Positions 38,008 to 48,119 of a stretch of 64,000 nucleotides of DNA are shown here, in pieces (the stretch's first letter is position 1; each line of letters opens with the position of its first letter). Both the position numbers and the translations under genes were made by a program. The DNA comes from an uncultured Planctomycetota bacterium (GTDB taxonomy: Bacteria; Planctomycetota; Phycisphaerae; Tepidisphaerales; Tepidisphaeraceae), in contig CAWJEN010000005.1 in the NCBI GenBank assembly GCA_963841915.1, forward strand, positions 672,001 through 736,000, written 5' to 3'. The notes below the pieces were generated by a model that was not told the DNA's origin, made no database searches, and saw only the letters and a program-made list of their open reading frames with translations.

Positions 38008-39531
38008 TCATGACGCGGCCAGCACGGGCAGCTTACGGGCTGTCGATCGCTTGGGCTCGCCGACCAAGTCGTAGTGCTGAAAGTCGGTGATAGTCACGTC
38101 GACGAGTTGGCCCGAGTGCAGCTCGTCACGGCTGGCGACGTAGGTGACGCTGTCGATGTCCGGGGCCTGCCTGGTCGTGCGGCCGGCGTAGACGAGGGTG
38201 CCGTCGTCGGCCTCGCCCTGATGGGCGTCGATGAGCACCTCGACCGTCTCGCCGATGCGGGTTTCGTTTCGAGCGAAGACGACCCGCTGCTGGGCTTCCA
38301 TGAGCTCGCCGTAGCGACGCGTTTTGATCTCCTGGTCGATCTGACCGGCCATCTTGCCCATCGGCGTGCCGGGCTCGGGCGAGTACTCGAAGACGCCCAC
38401 GTGCTCGAAGTGGCCTTCGGCGATCCAGTCGACAAGCTCCTGGTGTTCGGCCTCGGTTTCGCCAGGCGTGCCGGTGATGAAGGTCGTCCGCAGCGCCAGG
38501 CCCGGCACGCGGTCGTGGAGCTTGTCGACGAGCGTCGTCGTCAGCTCTCGGTCGACCTTGCGCTTCATGCGGGCCAACACGTCGCTGTTGATGTGCTGCA
38601 ACGGCATGTCGACGTACGGAACGACCCGCCGACAGCTCGCCATCGCGTCGATCATCTCGTCGGTGAAGCACGACGGATACGCATACATAAGCCGCACCCA
38701 CGACACGTCGGCTTCGAGCTCGCGGTCGAGCGTCTTGAGCAAACCCGCCAGGCCCGGCCCGTAGCCGATGTCGGTGCCGTAGCTGGTCGTGTCCTGGCCG
38801 ATGAGCAACAGCTCGACGGCCCCGTCGCTGGCGAGCTCTGCTCCTTCGAGCAGGATGTTGTCGATCGGCTTGCTCCGCATCGGCCCACGGATGCTGGGAA
38901 TCGTGCAAAAGCCGCAGCCCTGGTTGCACCCTTCGCTCATGCGCAGATACGCAAAGTGCCTCGGCGTCAGTCGCAGGCGGGCACGGTCGTCCTCAAACGT
39001 CGGCAGCCGCATGCCCCGCTTGCCCTCGGTCTGCTTGCGGAGCAACCGGGCCGCGTGTGAGTCGTCGTCGTTGCCGGCAACGGCAGGCGCGGTGTCATCG
39101 CGCGTCGTCGCGTGATAACGCCCCAGAAAATGGTCACCGTTTCGCCCCGCTTCGCCGCGGACGGCCTTGACGATGTGGTCCCGGTCGAAGACGCCCACGA
39201 GCCGATCGATGCCCGGCGCGTCGGCCAGCAGCTTCGTCTTGTGCCGTTGAACCAGGCAGCCGGCGACGACGACACGTTTGACCTTGCCCGTCGTCTTGAG
39301 ATCGATGGCTGCGTTGATTTCAGCCATCGACTCGGTCTTGCTGGCCTCTAAGAAGCCGCACGTGTTGATCACGATGGCGTCGGCCTCGTCGTGGTCGGGC
39401 GTGACCGCAATTCCGTCGGCAGCTAGCAGGCCCAGCATCCGCTCAGAATCGACAAGGTTCTTGGCGCAGCCGAGGCTGACAAAGGCGACAGACTCGATCG
39501 TCTGCGTGGACGGGGCGGTGGTGCTGGACAT
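38008..39531 (-). CDS. rimO: Ribosomal protein S12 methylthiotransferase
   Basis: SLGCAKNLVDSE, NTCGF, SEGCNQGCGFCTIP, DMPLQH, APDID, TRAM domain. Confidence 0.94.
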   Translation of the reverse strand: MSSTTAPSTQTIESVAFVSLGCAKNLVDSERMLGLLAADGIAVTPDHDEADAIVINTCGFLEASKTESMAEINAAIDLKTTGKVKRVVVAGCLVQRHKTKLLADAPGIDRLVGVFDRDHIVKAVRGEAGRNGDHFLGRYHATTRDDTAPAVAGNDDDSHAARLLRKQTEGKRGMRLPTFEDDRARLRLTPRHFAYLRMSEGCNQGCGFCTIPSIRGPMRSKPIDNILLEGAELASDGAVELLLIGQDTTSYGTDIGYGPGLAGLLKTLDRELEADVSWVRLMYAYPSCFTDEMIDAMASCRRVVPYVDMPLQHINSDVLARMKRKVDRELTTTLVDKLHDRVPGLALRTTFITGTPGETEAEHQELVDWIAEGHFEHVGVFEYSPEPGTPMGKMAGQIDQEIKTRRYGELMEAQQRVVFARNETRIGETVEVLIDAHQGEADDGTLVYAGRTTRQAPDIDSVTYVASRDELHSGQLVDVTITDFQHYDLVGEPKRSTARKLPVLAAS

Positions 39532-39645
39532 GACAGGGGCGAGCAGGTTATGCGATGCCAACGGCTTGCGGGTTCGCTCGGGACTTCACTTGCCCAGCCC
39601 GATGGGATTGTCCACATCGATGTGACCCTCCCTACCGTGCCGACC

Positions 39646-41058
39646 ATGGCGAGCAGCACAGCCAAACAACTCACCTACGAGCAAGCTAACGCCTTTCTCG
39701 ACTCTCTCGGCAATCTGGAGACGCGTCGCGTCGTCGGCAAAACACCGCCCGAACATCTTGATTTGGGTCGCATGACGACCTTGTGCAAAAAGCTGGGCGA
39801 TCCGCAGCTCAAGGTGCCTTGCGTCCACATTGCCGGCACCAAGGGTAAGGGTAGTACGTGTGCCATGACCGCTGCCATGTTGCGGGCCAGCGGGCTCCGC
39901 GTGGGGCTTTACACGTCGCCACACCTTGTCGACGTGCGGGAGCGGATTCGGGTGCTGACGCCTGATCAGGACGCCGCCGCCCTGCCGCAGGGCGAGATGA
40001 TCTCGACCGACGACTTTGCCGAGGTCATGAGTCGTGTCGCCCGGCAGTCGAGCGTCAAGGCAACGCCGACCTACTTCGACGCCCTTACCGCGGCCGCTTT
40101 TGTTTACTTCGCGGGTCAAGCCCTCGACGTGATGGTTGTCGAGGTGGGGTTGGGTGGCAGGCTCGACTCGACGAACGTGGTGCAGCCGATTGTGGCCGTC
40201 GTCACGCCGCTCAGCCTCGACCACACGCAGCAGCTTGGCCCGACGCTGTCGCACATTGCCCGCGAGAAGGCGGGCATTTTCAAGAAAAAGGCGACGGCCA
40301 TCACCTGCCTGCAGGCAGACGAGGACACGCTTGGCGTCGTCAAGGCCGAGGCCAAGCGCGTCGGCTGCGAGCTGCGCGTCCTTGGCGAAGACGTCGAGTT
40401 CACCTGGCGGTTCGAGGCCAGCCGCATGCTCGGCCGCAACAACCGCATCGGCTTCGAGACCGAGCGACTCTGCTTTGACCACCTGGCCGTCCCGCTGCTG
40501 GGCGAGCACCAGGCGCTCAATTGCGGCCTTGCATTGACCGCGGTCGACGAACTCAAGAAGCACGGCTTTGACACCATCACCGAAGCGTCGTGTGCCAAGG
40601 GACTCGACGGCCTGTCATTCGAGGGGCGCATGGACGTACTGCGGACGGACCCGATCGTCGTCGCCGACGCGGCCCACAACGCGGCAGGTGTCGAGGCACT
40701 ATTTCGCGGGATCGGGCAGCACTTCACGTATGACACGAGCGTCGTCGTCTTCGGCTGCTGCGTGGACAAGGATGTCGACGCGATGCTCGAGAAGCTCGCC
40801 GCCGGGGCGGACAAGGTGGTCTTTTGCCGCGTCGATTCGCCTCGCAGCGCTGATCCTGCCGACCTGCAGCGGCGTTATCACGACGCCCACGGCCGCATGA
40901 GCCAGACGGCCGAGTCGCTTCAGGAGGCATTGCGGCACGCACGCCGGAGCATCACCAGCGACGACATGCTGTGCATCACGGGCAGTTTCTTCCTGGTTGG
41001 TGAGGCAAAGTGCATGCTGGCGAAGAAGGCCGCGGCCAAAGTGGCCAGCGCAGCGTGA
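39646..41058 (+). CDS. folC: Folylpolyglutamate/dihydrofolate synthase
   Basis: HIAGTKGKGST, YTSPHL..RERI, EVGLGGRLDSTNV, DAAHN, TGSF. Confidence 0.93.
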   Translation: MASSTAKQLTYEQANAFLDSLGNLETRRVVGKTPPEHLDLGRMTTLCKKLGDPQLKVPCVHIAGTKGKGSTCAMTAAMLRASGLRVGLYTSPHLVDVRERIRVLTPDQDAAALPQGEMISTDDFAEVMSRVARQSSVKATPTYFDALTAAAFVYFAGQALDVMVVEVGLGGRLDSTNVVQPIVAVVTPLSLDHTQQLGPTLSHIAREKAGIFKKKATAITCLQADEDTLGVVKAEAKRVGCELRVLGEDVEFTWRFEASRMLGRNNRIGFETERLCFDHLAVPLLGEHQALNCGLALTAVDELKKHGFDTITEASCAKGLDGLSFEGRMDVLRTDPIVVADAAHNAAGVEALFRGIGQHFTYDTSVVVFGCCVDKDVDAMLEKLAAGADKVVFCRVDSPRSADPADLQRRYHDAHGRMSQTAESLQEALRHARRSITSDDMLCITGSFFLVGEAKCMLAKKAAAKVASAA

Positions 41059-41125
41059 ATGTCGCCTGACGACAAACCTGTTGAAACTTGCCCGACATGA
41101 CCGTCGTTGTCGTTATGATCGGACA

Positions 41126-42217
41126 ATGCCGGATGACGACGTATCGACGGTGTCGGACGGGTTGAAGCGGAGGTACGGAGGACACAAGGGGACGGGCGGG
41201 GGTGATGACGTGTCCGTCGTGCTCAACGGTGTGGTTGCGGCCGTCCGGGAACGGGCCGGCAGCGACGACGCCTTCCGCGGGGCGCTGGTGCGCCTGCTGG
41301 GCCTCAGCGGGTCCGCCGATGAGGAGCAACCGCCGAGTGCGACGGCGGATCATCAGCGGGCGTCGCGGTCATTCAATGAATTTTTCGACGCCGACCTGGT
41401 CGCCAAACGATGTCGTCTCAAAGCGGCGGCGGCGCGGTGGCAAACGCAGCGGGAGTCGCTCGATCGTGAAGCCGTTCGGCCCGGTGACGAGCTCATCCTC
41501 AACATGGGTCGCGACCTGCCCGACTGTTACTTATGGATGTGCAACGTCTCCAAATGCAGGACACGAAGCGAAGCGGCCATGCAACGGGTGGCGGCCGCTT
41601 ATGAAGCACTCGCCGAGGCGGCAGACCTTGTCGGACCCGTCGACCTTGCGACGCTCACCGGCGACTCGACCGATCCGTCCGGCGACCACGTGCAGCTCGT
41701 CGCAGAGGCCCAGTCGATGCTCCACGTCGTCCTCGGTGACGTGAGGACGGGTGGCGGTTTCGATGCCGACCAGATGTCTGCGTACGTCCTGGCCAAAGAA
41801 GTCGGCGGCAGGCGGCGGACGTTCTTCCACTTCCTTGCCCGCGACGATCGTGCCGACCCGACGACCAGCGGCGACCTGCGACAACGGATCGCCGACGCCG
41901 ACTTGGACGCCCCTCAACGGACTCAGGCGCGGGTCAGCGCCTTGCTCTTGCATTTGAGACAGATTATCGACGGAGCCGCCGAGTCCGTTGATGCCGCCGA
42001 CACGGATCTGGCATGGGCCCGCTACGACACGAACGAGCTCGTGGCCGCGGGTTTGTCGGCAGAAGATCATCGCCTCACCAGTGCCGTCGCCGGCTTGATC
42101 AGTCGCATACCGACCGACGCCGACGATTCGATTCTCGGTGGCCCGTTGGCCGACGCGCTCGATCAGGCCGAGTCGCAGCCGCAAGCCGCGTCACCCGCAG
42201 TCGTACGGGCGGCGTGA
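41126..42217 (+). CDS. Hypothetical protein
   Basis: Long ORF with host-like codon usage; ATG 6 nt after TATGAT; RCRLKA..ARW and DCYLWMC motifs. Confidence 0.7.
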   Translation: MPDDDVSTVSDGLKRRYGGHKGTGGGDDVSVVLNGVVAAVRERAGSDDAFRGALVRLLGLSGSADEEQPPSATADHQRASRSFNEFFDADLVAKRCRLKAAAARWQTQRESLDREAVRPGDELILNMGRDLPDCYLWMCNVSKCRTRSEAAMQRVAAAYEALAEAADLVGPVDLATLTGDSTDPSGDHVQLVAEAQSMLHVVLGDVRTGGGFDADQMSAYVLAKEVGGRRRTFFHFLARDDRADPTTSGDLRQRIADADLDAPQRTQARVSALLLHLRQIIDGAAESVDAADTDLAWARYDTNELVAAGLSAEDHRLTSAVAGLISRIPTDADDSILGGPLADALDQAESQPQAASPAVVRAA

Positions 42218-42239
42218 GTGAGCCGACCTAGAACCTTGC

Positions 42240-43391
42240 GTGCCGTCGGTCGCGCTCATCGTGTACGCGTCGCTGGGCCCGGCCGCAGCGTGGGCGATTG
42301 TGCTGCTGACCATGCTGGGCAGGCGGCGGATGACGCGGTTGTCGAATCCGTTGCAGGTGCCACCGCTTCCCGACCCGCCGCCGCGCGTGCGGGTATTCGT
42401 GCCGGTTCGCGACGAAGTCAAGGGCGTCGCGAACTGCGTCGCGTCCGTGCTGCAGCAGAATTATTTGCCGTCGCACCTCGATCTGGTCGTCGTTGACGAC
42501 CGCAGCACCGACGGGACCCGCGACGTGCTGGACACGCTGCAGGACGACCGAATGATCGTGCTGCACGTCGACGACGTGCCAGCCGGTTGGCTCGGTAAGC
42601 CACACGCCCTGCACCAGGCCGTCACGCGACACGGCGGCGAGGTCGACTGGCACTTGTTCGTCGACAGCGACGTGCACCTCAAACCCGATGCCATCCGTCA
42701 AGCCGTCGCGGTGGCGGTGGCGCGGGAGTACGACGCCGTCTCGCTCATGACGCAGTTGGTCGTCCCGACACTGCTCGAACAGGCCATTGCACCGCTTGTG
42801 GCGACGGTGTGGATGACAACGTTCAGGGCCAGCGACACCAACAACGACGGCCGTCCCACGTCGGCCGTGGCCAACGGGCAGTTCCTGCTCATCCGACCGG
42901 CCGCCCTCGCACAAGCCGGCGGGCACGCGGCGGTCAAGGATCAGACCTGCGAAGACGTGGCGCTGTTTCGCCTCATAAAGTCGCACGAGCGGCGCGTGCG
43001 GCTCTTCGCCGGCGCACACCTGACGGCCACACGGATGCACGCGACGTGGCAGCAGCTCTTCAACGGCTGGGCCCGCAACTTCGCCGGAACGGCCAGGCAC
43101 CGCCCGATGCCGATCGTCGTCGCGATGCTGGTCTTAGCCACGCAGCTGGTCGCCTGGCCGCTGTTGCTTGTCGGCGGTTGGTGGACGGTCACCGCCCTTG
43201 TTCATGTAGCGGCAACGGCAACGTGGGCCGTCTTCGCCTGCCGTTCGGCCGGACTGGCGTTGGCCGCAACTGCGCGATCGGTGTTGCTGCACCCGCTATC
43301 CATCGTGGCGATCCTGATCCTGCTGGCGAACGGCGTCCGGGCCTGTTTCGGCGGAAGCGTGACGTGGCGCGGGAGCGTCGTCAAAGCCTGA
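42240..43391 (+). CDS. Membrane GT2 glycosyltransferase (hopanoid/carotenoid glycosyltransferase-like)
   Basis: VPVRDE, VDDRSTDGT, GWLGKPHAL, FVDSDV, NGQF, EDV, VTWRG. Confidence 0.85.
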   Translation: MPSVALIVYASLGPAAAWAIVLLTMLGRRRMTRLSNPLQVPPLPDPPPRVRVFVPVRDEVKGVANCVASVLQQNYLPSHLDLVVVDDRSTDGTRDVLDTLQDDRMIVLHVDDVPAGWLGKPHALHQAVTRHGGEVDWHLFVDSDVHLKPDAIRQAVAVAVAREYDAVSLMTQLVVPTLLEQAIAPLVATVWMTTFRASDTNNDGRPTSAVANGQFLLIRPAALAQAGGHAAVKDQTCEDVALFRLIKSHERRVRLFAGAHLTATRMHATWQQLFNGWARNFAGTARHRPMPIVVAMLVLATQLVAWPLLLVGGWWTVTALVHVAATATWAVFACRSAGLALAATARSVLLHPLSIVAILILLANGVRACFGGSVTWRGSVVKA

Positions 43392-43394
43392 CGC

Positions 43395-44378
43395 TTACCC
43401 GCTCGCGCTGACATGCTTTGCCCGCATGAGCTTCTGGATCGGCACAAACGGTGCCGACGTGACGCGACCAGCGCTCAGGCCGAGGCCGACGGTCTTGAGC
43501 TTGGCGAGCTTGAACGCTGAGCATCGGCCGACGTTGTCGTGCAGACGCAAAGCCAGCGGGTTCCAAAGCGTGTTGCCGTCGATCAGCGTCAGGCCCTCAC
43601 GTTCGTAGAGCGACGTGCGGCCGGCGTAGCGGCGATTGCTTCGCAGGTGCGTCGGGTAGGGCGGCGCGATGAGGTAGAACGGCGCGTGCGTCAGCAGTAC
43701 GCCGCCCGGATCGACGAGTCGTTTGACGAGCGAAGCCACATGTTGCCGCGGACTCGGGACGTGCTCGAGCACGTCGAAGCACGTCACGGCATCGAAGCCG
43801 TCGCCGTCGTGTTCGCCTTCGATGAGCGTGACCGACACGCCGAAGCGGGCAAACAAAGCCTGGGCGTAGCGACGACTGGACCCCGGGAATTCGAAGTAGC
43901 TGACGTCGTGCCCGTCGAGGGCCAGGGCCAGCGCGTCGACGCCGAGCCCGTCGCCGTGACACAGGACGCGGAGCGGCCGCCCGAGCCGCTTTGACTCTCG
44001 CGTAAGGAAGGCCTGCGACCACTGCCGCATGGAGCGTTTGAACGGCTGTCGGTTCCAGACGATGAGCTCGAAGATGAACGCGTCGCTGTCCCCGTAGAAG
44101 GCCAGCAGTTCGTCCGACCACTCGTATGGCGTGATGTGTCGCCGCTCAATCTCCGCCGCCACCGTACGGCCGGGCGAGCGGACCTCGTCGCGGATCAGAC
44201 GCTGCACCTCGTCGGCTGAACGCCCTGTTGCCTCAGCGGCAAGGGTGACTGCAACTTCGTCCGTCGTTGCGGCTTGGACGGCAGACGTGGAGGTGTCAAT
44301 TGAACCCGGCACGAACGGTTGTAGGACCGCCGCCAACAGGTCGCCGCTGAGGAGGTATCGCCCGATGCCCCTCGCCAA
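43395..44378 (-). CDS. Class I SAM-dependent methyltransferase
   Basis: RVLCHGDGLG, FDAVTCFDVLEHVPSP; start uncertain. Confidence 0.78.
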   Translation of the reverse strand: MARGIGRYLLSGDLLAAVLQPFVPGSIDTSTSAVQAATTDEVAVTLAAEATGRSADEVQRLIRDEVRSPGRTVAAEIERRHITPYEWSDELLAFYGDSDAFIFELIVWNRQPFKRSMRQWSQAFLTRESKRLGRPLRVLCHGDGLGVDALALALDGHDVSYFEFPGSSRRYAQALFARFGVSVTLIEGEHDGDGFDAVTCFDVLEHVPSPRQHVASLVKRLVDPGGVLLTHAPFYLIAPPYPTHLRSNRRYAGRTSLYEREGLTLIDGNTLWNPLALRLHDNVGRCSAFKLAKLKTVGLGLSAGRVTSAPFVPIQKLMRAKHVSASG

Positions 44379-44446
44379 TCGCTCTTTCGACTCAACCTCT
44401 GCTCATGCTGGTTCTGCCGCTGCGATGGCTTAAGGTGTCACCGCCC

Positions 44447-46183
44447 ATGCCGCAAGCTCCGACCACGCTCAACTACGAGGCAGCCGTCGTGCCCGGGCGG
44501 TACGAGTGGGCGATGGAGAACGAACGTGCGAAAATGCTGCGTCGCCGGTTCCTGTGGTTCACCGGCACGTTGACGGTTCTGTCACTGCTGTTCTCACCGA
44601 TCAACATCGTCGGCCTTGTCAGTTCCAAAGGCGGAGCCGAGTGGCGGGCGCAGCTCATTTCCTTCGTCACGCTCCTCGTCCAGCTTGCTGCCACCATCTG
44701 GGCGTTCTGGTACGCCAAACGACAGGTTCGCAACGAGAGACGGCTGTACGCCATCGCCTTCTGGCTTGTCGTCGGCCTGGGTCTGACTTCGCTGGTGGCC
44801 AGTCGTGTCGCGGGCGTCATCGGCCTGCAGGAAGGGTACAAAGCCGGCCAGTTGGCCAAGCAGGCCAAGGCAGAAGGCCGCGATCCGACGACGCAACCCA
44901 AGCCGGTGTTCTACTTCGAGCTCGACAGCCAGCGGGTGGTCGAGGTGCGCGAGGACGAGGCCACGACGGCAGGCGACGCCGTTGCGGCTGTGGTCGAATC
45001 TGCGCCACGTCTCCCTGTGCCGAGGGGAAGCGTCGAAGCCCCTACCGAGGCCGAGGAAGTGGGCGAAACCATCGGCAAGAAGCTTGCCAGTACCGCCGCT
45101 ACCGGGCCACCACTTTGGGTCGTGTCGTTGGTGGCGTTAGTGGCCGTGTGGTGGTCGATCTTTGTCACGCATTTCTTCGCATGCTTGTTCCTGCCGTGGA
45201 AGGTTAAGGAGGCGTGGCGACCGGCGCAGTGGTTGCTGCTGGCGGCGTTGTTGATTCTGGTGTTGGACCTGTTCACGGGCAACGCGTCGTTGCCTTTCCT
45301 CATTCTCGGCATCATCTTTCTGCCGCTGTCACCGCTTCCGGGACTCGGCTGGTGCTGGTGGCGGCACAGTGCGTTTCGGCAGCGGTATCGGTTGTCGTTC
45401 GTCAGCGACCAGTTCCGCCAGATCGAAAACGACCTGGCCGGTGCGAGACGCGTCCACGACAGTGTGCTACCGCCGCCGCGCAAGCAGGGGCCGGTCCGCG
45501 TCGCGTACGCCTACGAGCCGGCCCGCGAGATCGGTGGCGATCTCATCTTCGTCCACCCGCGGCAGTTCGACCCCGAACATCCCGACCAGCCGGTCAGCGT
45601 CGTCGTGCTCGACGTGGCCGGTCACGGCATTGCGGCGGCCCTTGCCGTCAACCGACTGTCCGGCGAACTCGAGCGTCTCTTCGCCGAGCACCCGGACCTG
45701 CGGCCCGACCGGCTCATGTCGATGCTGAACCGGTACATCCACCTCACGCTTGCGAGGCACTCGGCATTCGTCACCGGCTTTGCTGTTCGTGTCGACCCGC
45801 ACGCCAAGCGGCCGCTGAGCATCTGCGGTGCCGGGCACCCGGACGCGTTCCTTTGCTCCGACGACGACGTCAAGCGGCTCGGCAGCGAGGCCATGATGCT
45901 CGGCGTCGTCCCGCCAGAAGCCTTCGTCGCTCCGCTCGTCGAGCACGACCTCGACCCCGGCGAGGTGCTCATGCTCTACACCGACGGCGCTGCCGAGGCC
46001 CGCAACACCGACGGCGACATGGTGACCATTGCAGGCGTCTGCGACTACGCCGCCGACGCCCGACGCGACGGTGGCGAGCCGCACCTGTGGCCCGGCGCGA
46101 TGCTCAATCGCGTGGCCGCCTTCCGCAACGCCCCGCCGGAGGACGACACGCTGGTCGCCGTCGTCTATCGCCCGACGCACTGA
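44447..46183 (+). CDS. Membrane-bound SpoIIE/PP2C-family phosphatase
   Basis: About 6 TM; IGGD, DVAGHG..AAL, AGHP, LYTDG..EA, DDTL. Confidence 0.88.
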   Translation: MPQAPTTLNYEAAVVPGRYEWAMENERAKMLRRRFLWFTGTLTVLSLLFSPINIVGLVSSKGGAEWRAQLISFVTLLVQLAATIWAFWYAKRQVRNERRLYAIAFWLVVGLGLTSLVASRVAGVIGLQEGYKAGQLAKQAKAEGRDPTTQPKPVFYFELDSQRVVEVREDEATTAGDAVAAVVESAPRLPVPRGSVEAPTEAEEVGETIGKKLASTAATGPPLWVVSLVALVAVWWSIFVTHFFACLFLPWKVKEAWRPAQWLLLAALLILVLDLFTGNASLPFLILGIIFLPLSPLPGLGWCWWRHSAFRQRYRLSFVSDQFRQIENDLAGARRVHDSVLPPPRKQGPVRVAYAYEPAREIGGDLIFVHPRQFDPEHPDQPVSVVVLDVAGHGIAAALAVNRLSGELERLFAEHPDLRPDRLMSMLNRYIHLTLARHSAFVTGFAVRVDPHAKRPLSICGAGHPDAFLCSDDDVKRLGSEAMMLGVVPPEAFVAPLVEHDLDPGEVLMLYTDGAAEARNTDGDMVTIAGVCDYAADARRDGGEPHLWPGAMLNRVAAFRNAPPEDDTLVAVVYRPTH

Positions 46184-46207
46184 GCCGGCTCACGTCTACG
46201 CTCAACC

Positions 46208-47257
46208 GTGCAGCCGACGCCGCGAGAACTTGGCTTGTCGTTTCCGCCTGAGTGGGCACCGCACGCCGCCACCTGGATGAGTTGGCCGCGTCCTGAGGGC
46301 ATCAGTTTCCCGGATCGCTACGAGCACGTGCTGCCGAATCTGGCAGGCATCATTGCGGCGATCGCCCGATTCGAGCCCGTGAACCTGAATGTCCCCGACG
46401 CCGACTGGGCAGACACCGTTCGCAGCCGACTGCTACCGACGCTGGGCGACCTCATCAATCGCGTGTCGTTTCGGCACGTCGCTACCAACGAGCCGTGGTG
46501 CCGCGACCACGGGCCTGCGTTCGTCGTCAACCATCGCCAGAAGGCCGTCGTCGACTGGAAGTTCAACGCCTGGGGCGGCAAGTACCCGCCGTGGGACGAC
46601 GACGACGCCGTCCCGACCCGCGTCGGCGAACTGCTCGATCTGCGCGTCTTCGACGGGCCGATCGTCATGGAAGGCGGAGCCGTCGACTTCAACGGCAACG
46701 GCGTCGTCCTGACTACCCGCGACTGCCTGCTTAACCCGAACCGCAACGGCAACCTGCACAAGCTCGACATCGAAGGCCACGTGCTTGACTACTACGGCCA
46801 AGAGAAAGTCTGTTGGCTCTCAGGCGGCATCGCCGGTGACGACACGGACGGCCACGTCGACGACCTGGCACGCTTCGTCAATGAGCGGACCATTGTCGTC
46901 GGCGTCGAGGACGATGCGGGTGACGACAATTACGACGTGACGCGAAGCGCCGCCGAGCAGTGCCGCGAACTCACCGACGCCGACGGGCGGCCGTTCGATG
47001 TGGTCGAGCTGCCGATGCCGGGGCGTGTCGAGATCGAGGGCGAGCGGGTGCCAGCGACGTACGTCAACTTCTACTTCGTCAACGGCGCGTTGCTCGTCCC
47101 GACGTACGGCCACGATAATGACGCGATCTGCCTGAAAAAGCTGCAGACGTTGCTACCTCAACGTCAAGTCGTCGGCGTCGATTGTCGTGAAGTCATCTGG
47201 GGGCTCGGCGCTATCCATTGCCTGACGCAGCAGGAACCCAAGGGGCCGACACCATGA
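46208..47257 (+). CDS. Agmatine deiminase family protein
   Basis: PPEWAPH, WCRDHGP, FNAWGGKY, EGG, DTDGHVD, GAIHCLTQQ. Confidence 0.92.
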   Translation: MQPTPRELGLSFPPEWAPHAATWMSWPRPEGISFPDRYEHVLPNLAGIIAAIARFEPVNLNVPDADWADTVRSRLLPTLGDLINRVSFRHVATNEPWCRDHGPAFVVNHRQKAVVDWKFNAWGGKYPPWDDDDAVPTRVGELLDLRVFDGPIVMEGGAVDFNGNGVVLTTRDCLLNPNRNGNLHKLDIEGHVLDYYGQEKVCWLSGGIAGDDTDGHVDDLARFVNERTIVVGVEDDAGDDNYDVTRSAAEQCRELTDADGRPFDVVELPMPGRVEIEGERVPATYVNFYFVNGALLVPTYGHDNDAICLKKLQTLLPQRQVVGVDCREVIWGLGAIHCLTQQEPKGPTP

Positions 47258-47640
47258 GGATCGTCGGCCACGGGATCGACTTGGTCGATGTCGACAAGAT
47301 CGCTGCGTTGCTCGAACGGCACGGCGATCGGTTCGTCCAGCGATGCTTCACGCCCGAAGAAGCCGCTTACTGCCGGCGGAGCAGCAAGCGGGTGGCTGAG
47401 CACTTCGCCGCCCGTTTCGCCGCCAAGGAAGCGGTGCTCAAAGCGCTCGGCACCGGCAGGCGGCACGGGATCGCCTGGACCGACATCGACGTCGTCCGGC
47501 TGTCGACGGGTGAGCCGACGGTGTCGCTCGGTGGCGTGGCCGGCGACATCGCGTCGGGCCGCGGAATCGTCGGGTGGAACCTGTCGCTGACCCACACGAA
47601 CACGGTGGCCGCGGCAAGTGCGATCGCTCTGGCCGACTGA
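47254..47640 (+). CDS. acpS: Holo-[acyl-carrier-protein] synthase
   Basis: GHGIDLV, FT..E, AARFAAKEAVLKALGTG, LSLTH. Confidence 0.93.
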   Translation: MRIVGHGIDLVDVDKIAALLERHGDRFVQRCFTPEEAAYCRRSSKRVAEHFAARFAAKEAVLKALGTGRRHGIAWTDIDVVRLSTGEPTVSLGGVAGDIASGRGIVGWNLSLTHTNTVAAASAIALAD

Positions 47641-47663
47641 AGAGGCCTTCCTAACCTGACGCC

Positions 47664-48083
47664 GTGAATGACACGCAGCGGGACGATCGATTTGACGTGC
47701 TGTACACCAGCGACATTGCCGCCGAGGTGAAGTCGACGTTCGAAGAGATGATCGGCTTCGGCGGCACGGCGGTGGCGGCGACGCAGGAGACCGTCGCCCG
47801 CTTCGGCCATGCCCTCTCCGATGAGGACGACGGGCCGGTGATTCTGGTAGCACTGGCGGCCTTGCAGGTGACGCACGGCGTGATCTTCACCAGCATCCGC
47901 GATGCCGCCATCGCCGCCATCGATTCCGGTGCCGCCAGCCGCCAGGTCCATGGCCCCGCCGATGGCGAGGTGCATCTGGCATTGAGCGAGTTACGCGATC
48001 TGCTCGATGAGCTGCCGACGGAAGACGACGATGAGGATGACGAAGATTTTGAGGACGACGAAGACTTCGAAGACGAAGATTGA
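47664..48083 (+). CDS. Hypothetical helical protein with acidic tail
   Basis: GTG 6 nt after TAACCT; DDGPV..ALAA.Q...G motif; D/E-rich C-terminus. Confidence 0.6.
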   Translation: MNDTQRDDRFDVLYTSDIAAEVKSTFEEMIGFGGTAVAATQETVARFGHALSDEDDGPVILVALAALQVTHGVIFTSIRDAAIAAIDSGAASRQVHGPADGEVHLALSELRDLLDELPTEDDDEDDEDFEDDEDFEDED

Positions 48084-48119
48084 ATCGCTCTGTCGATGTC
48101 AAACCGACCTCGGCTCAAC

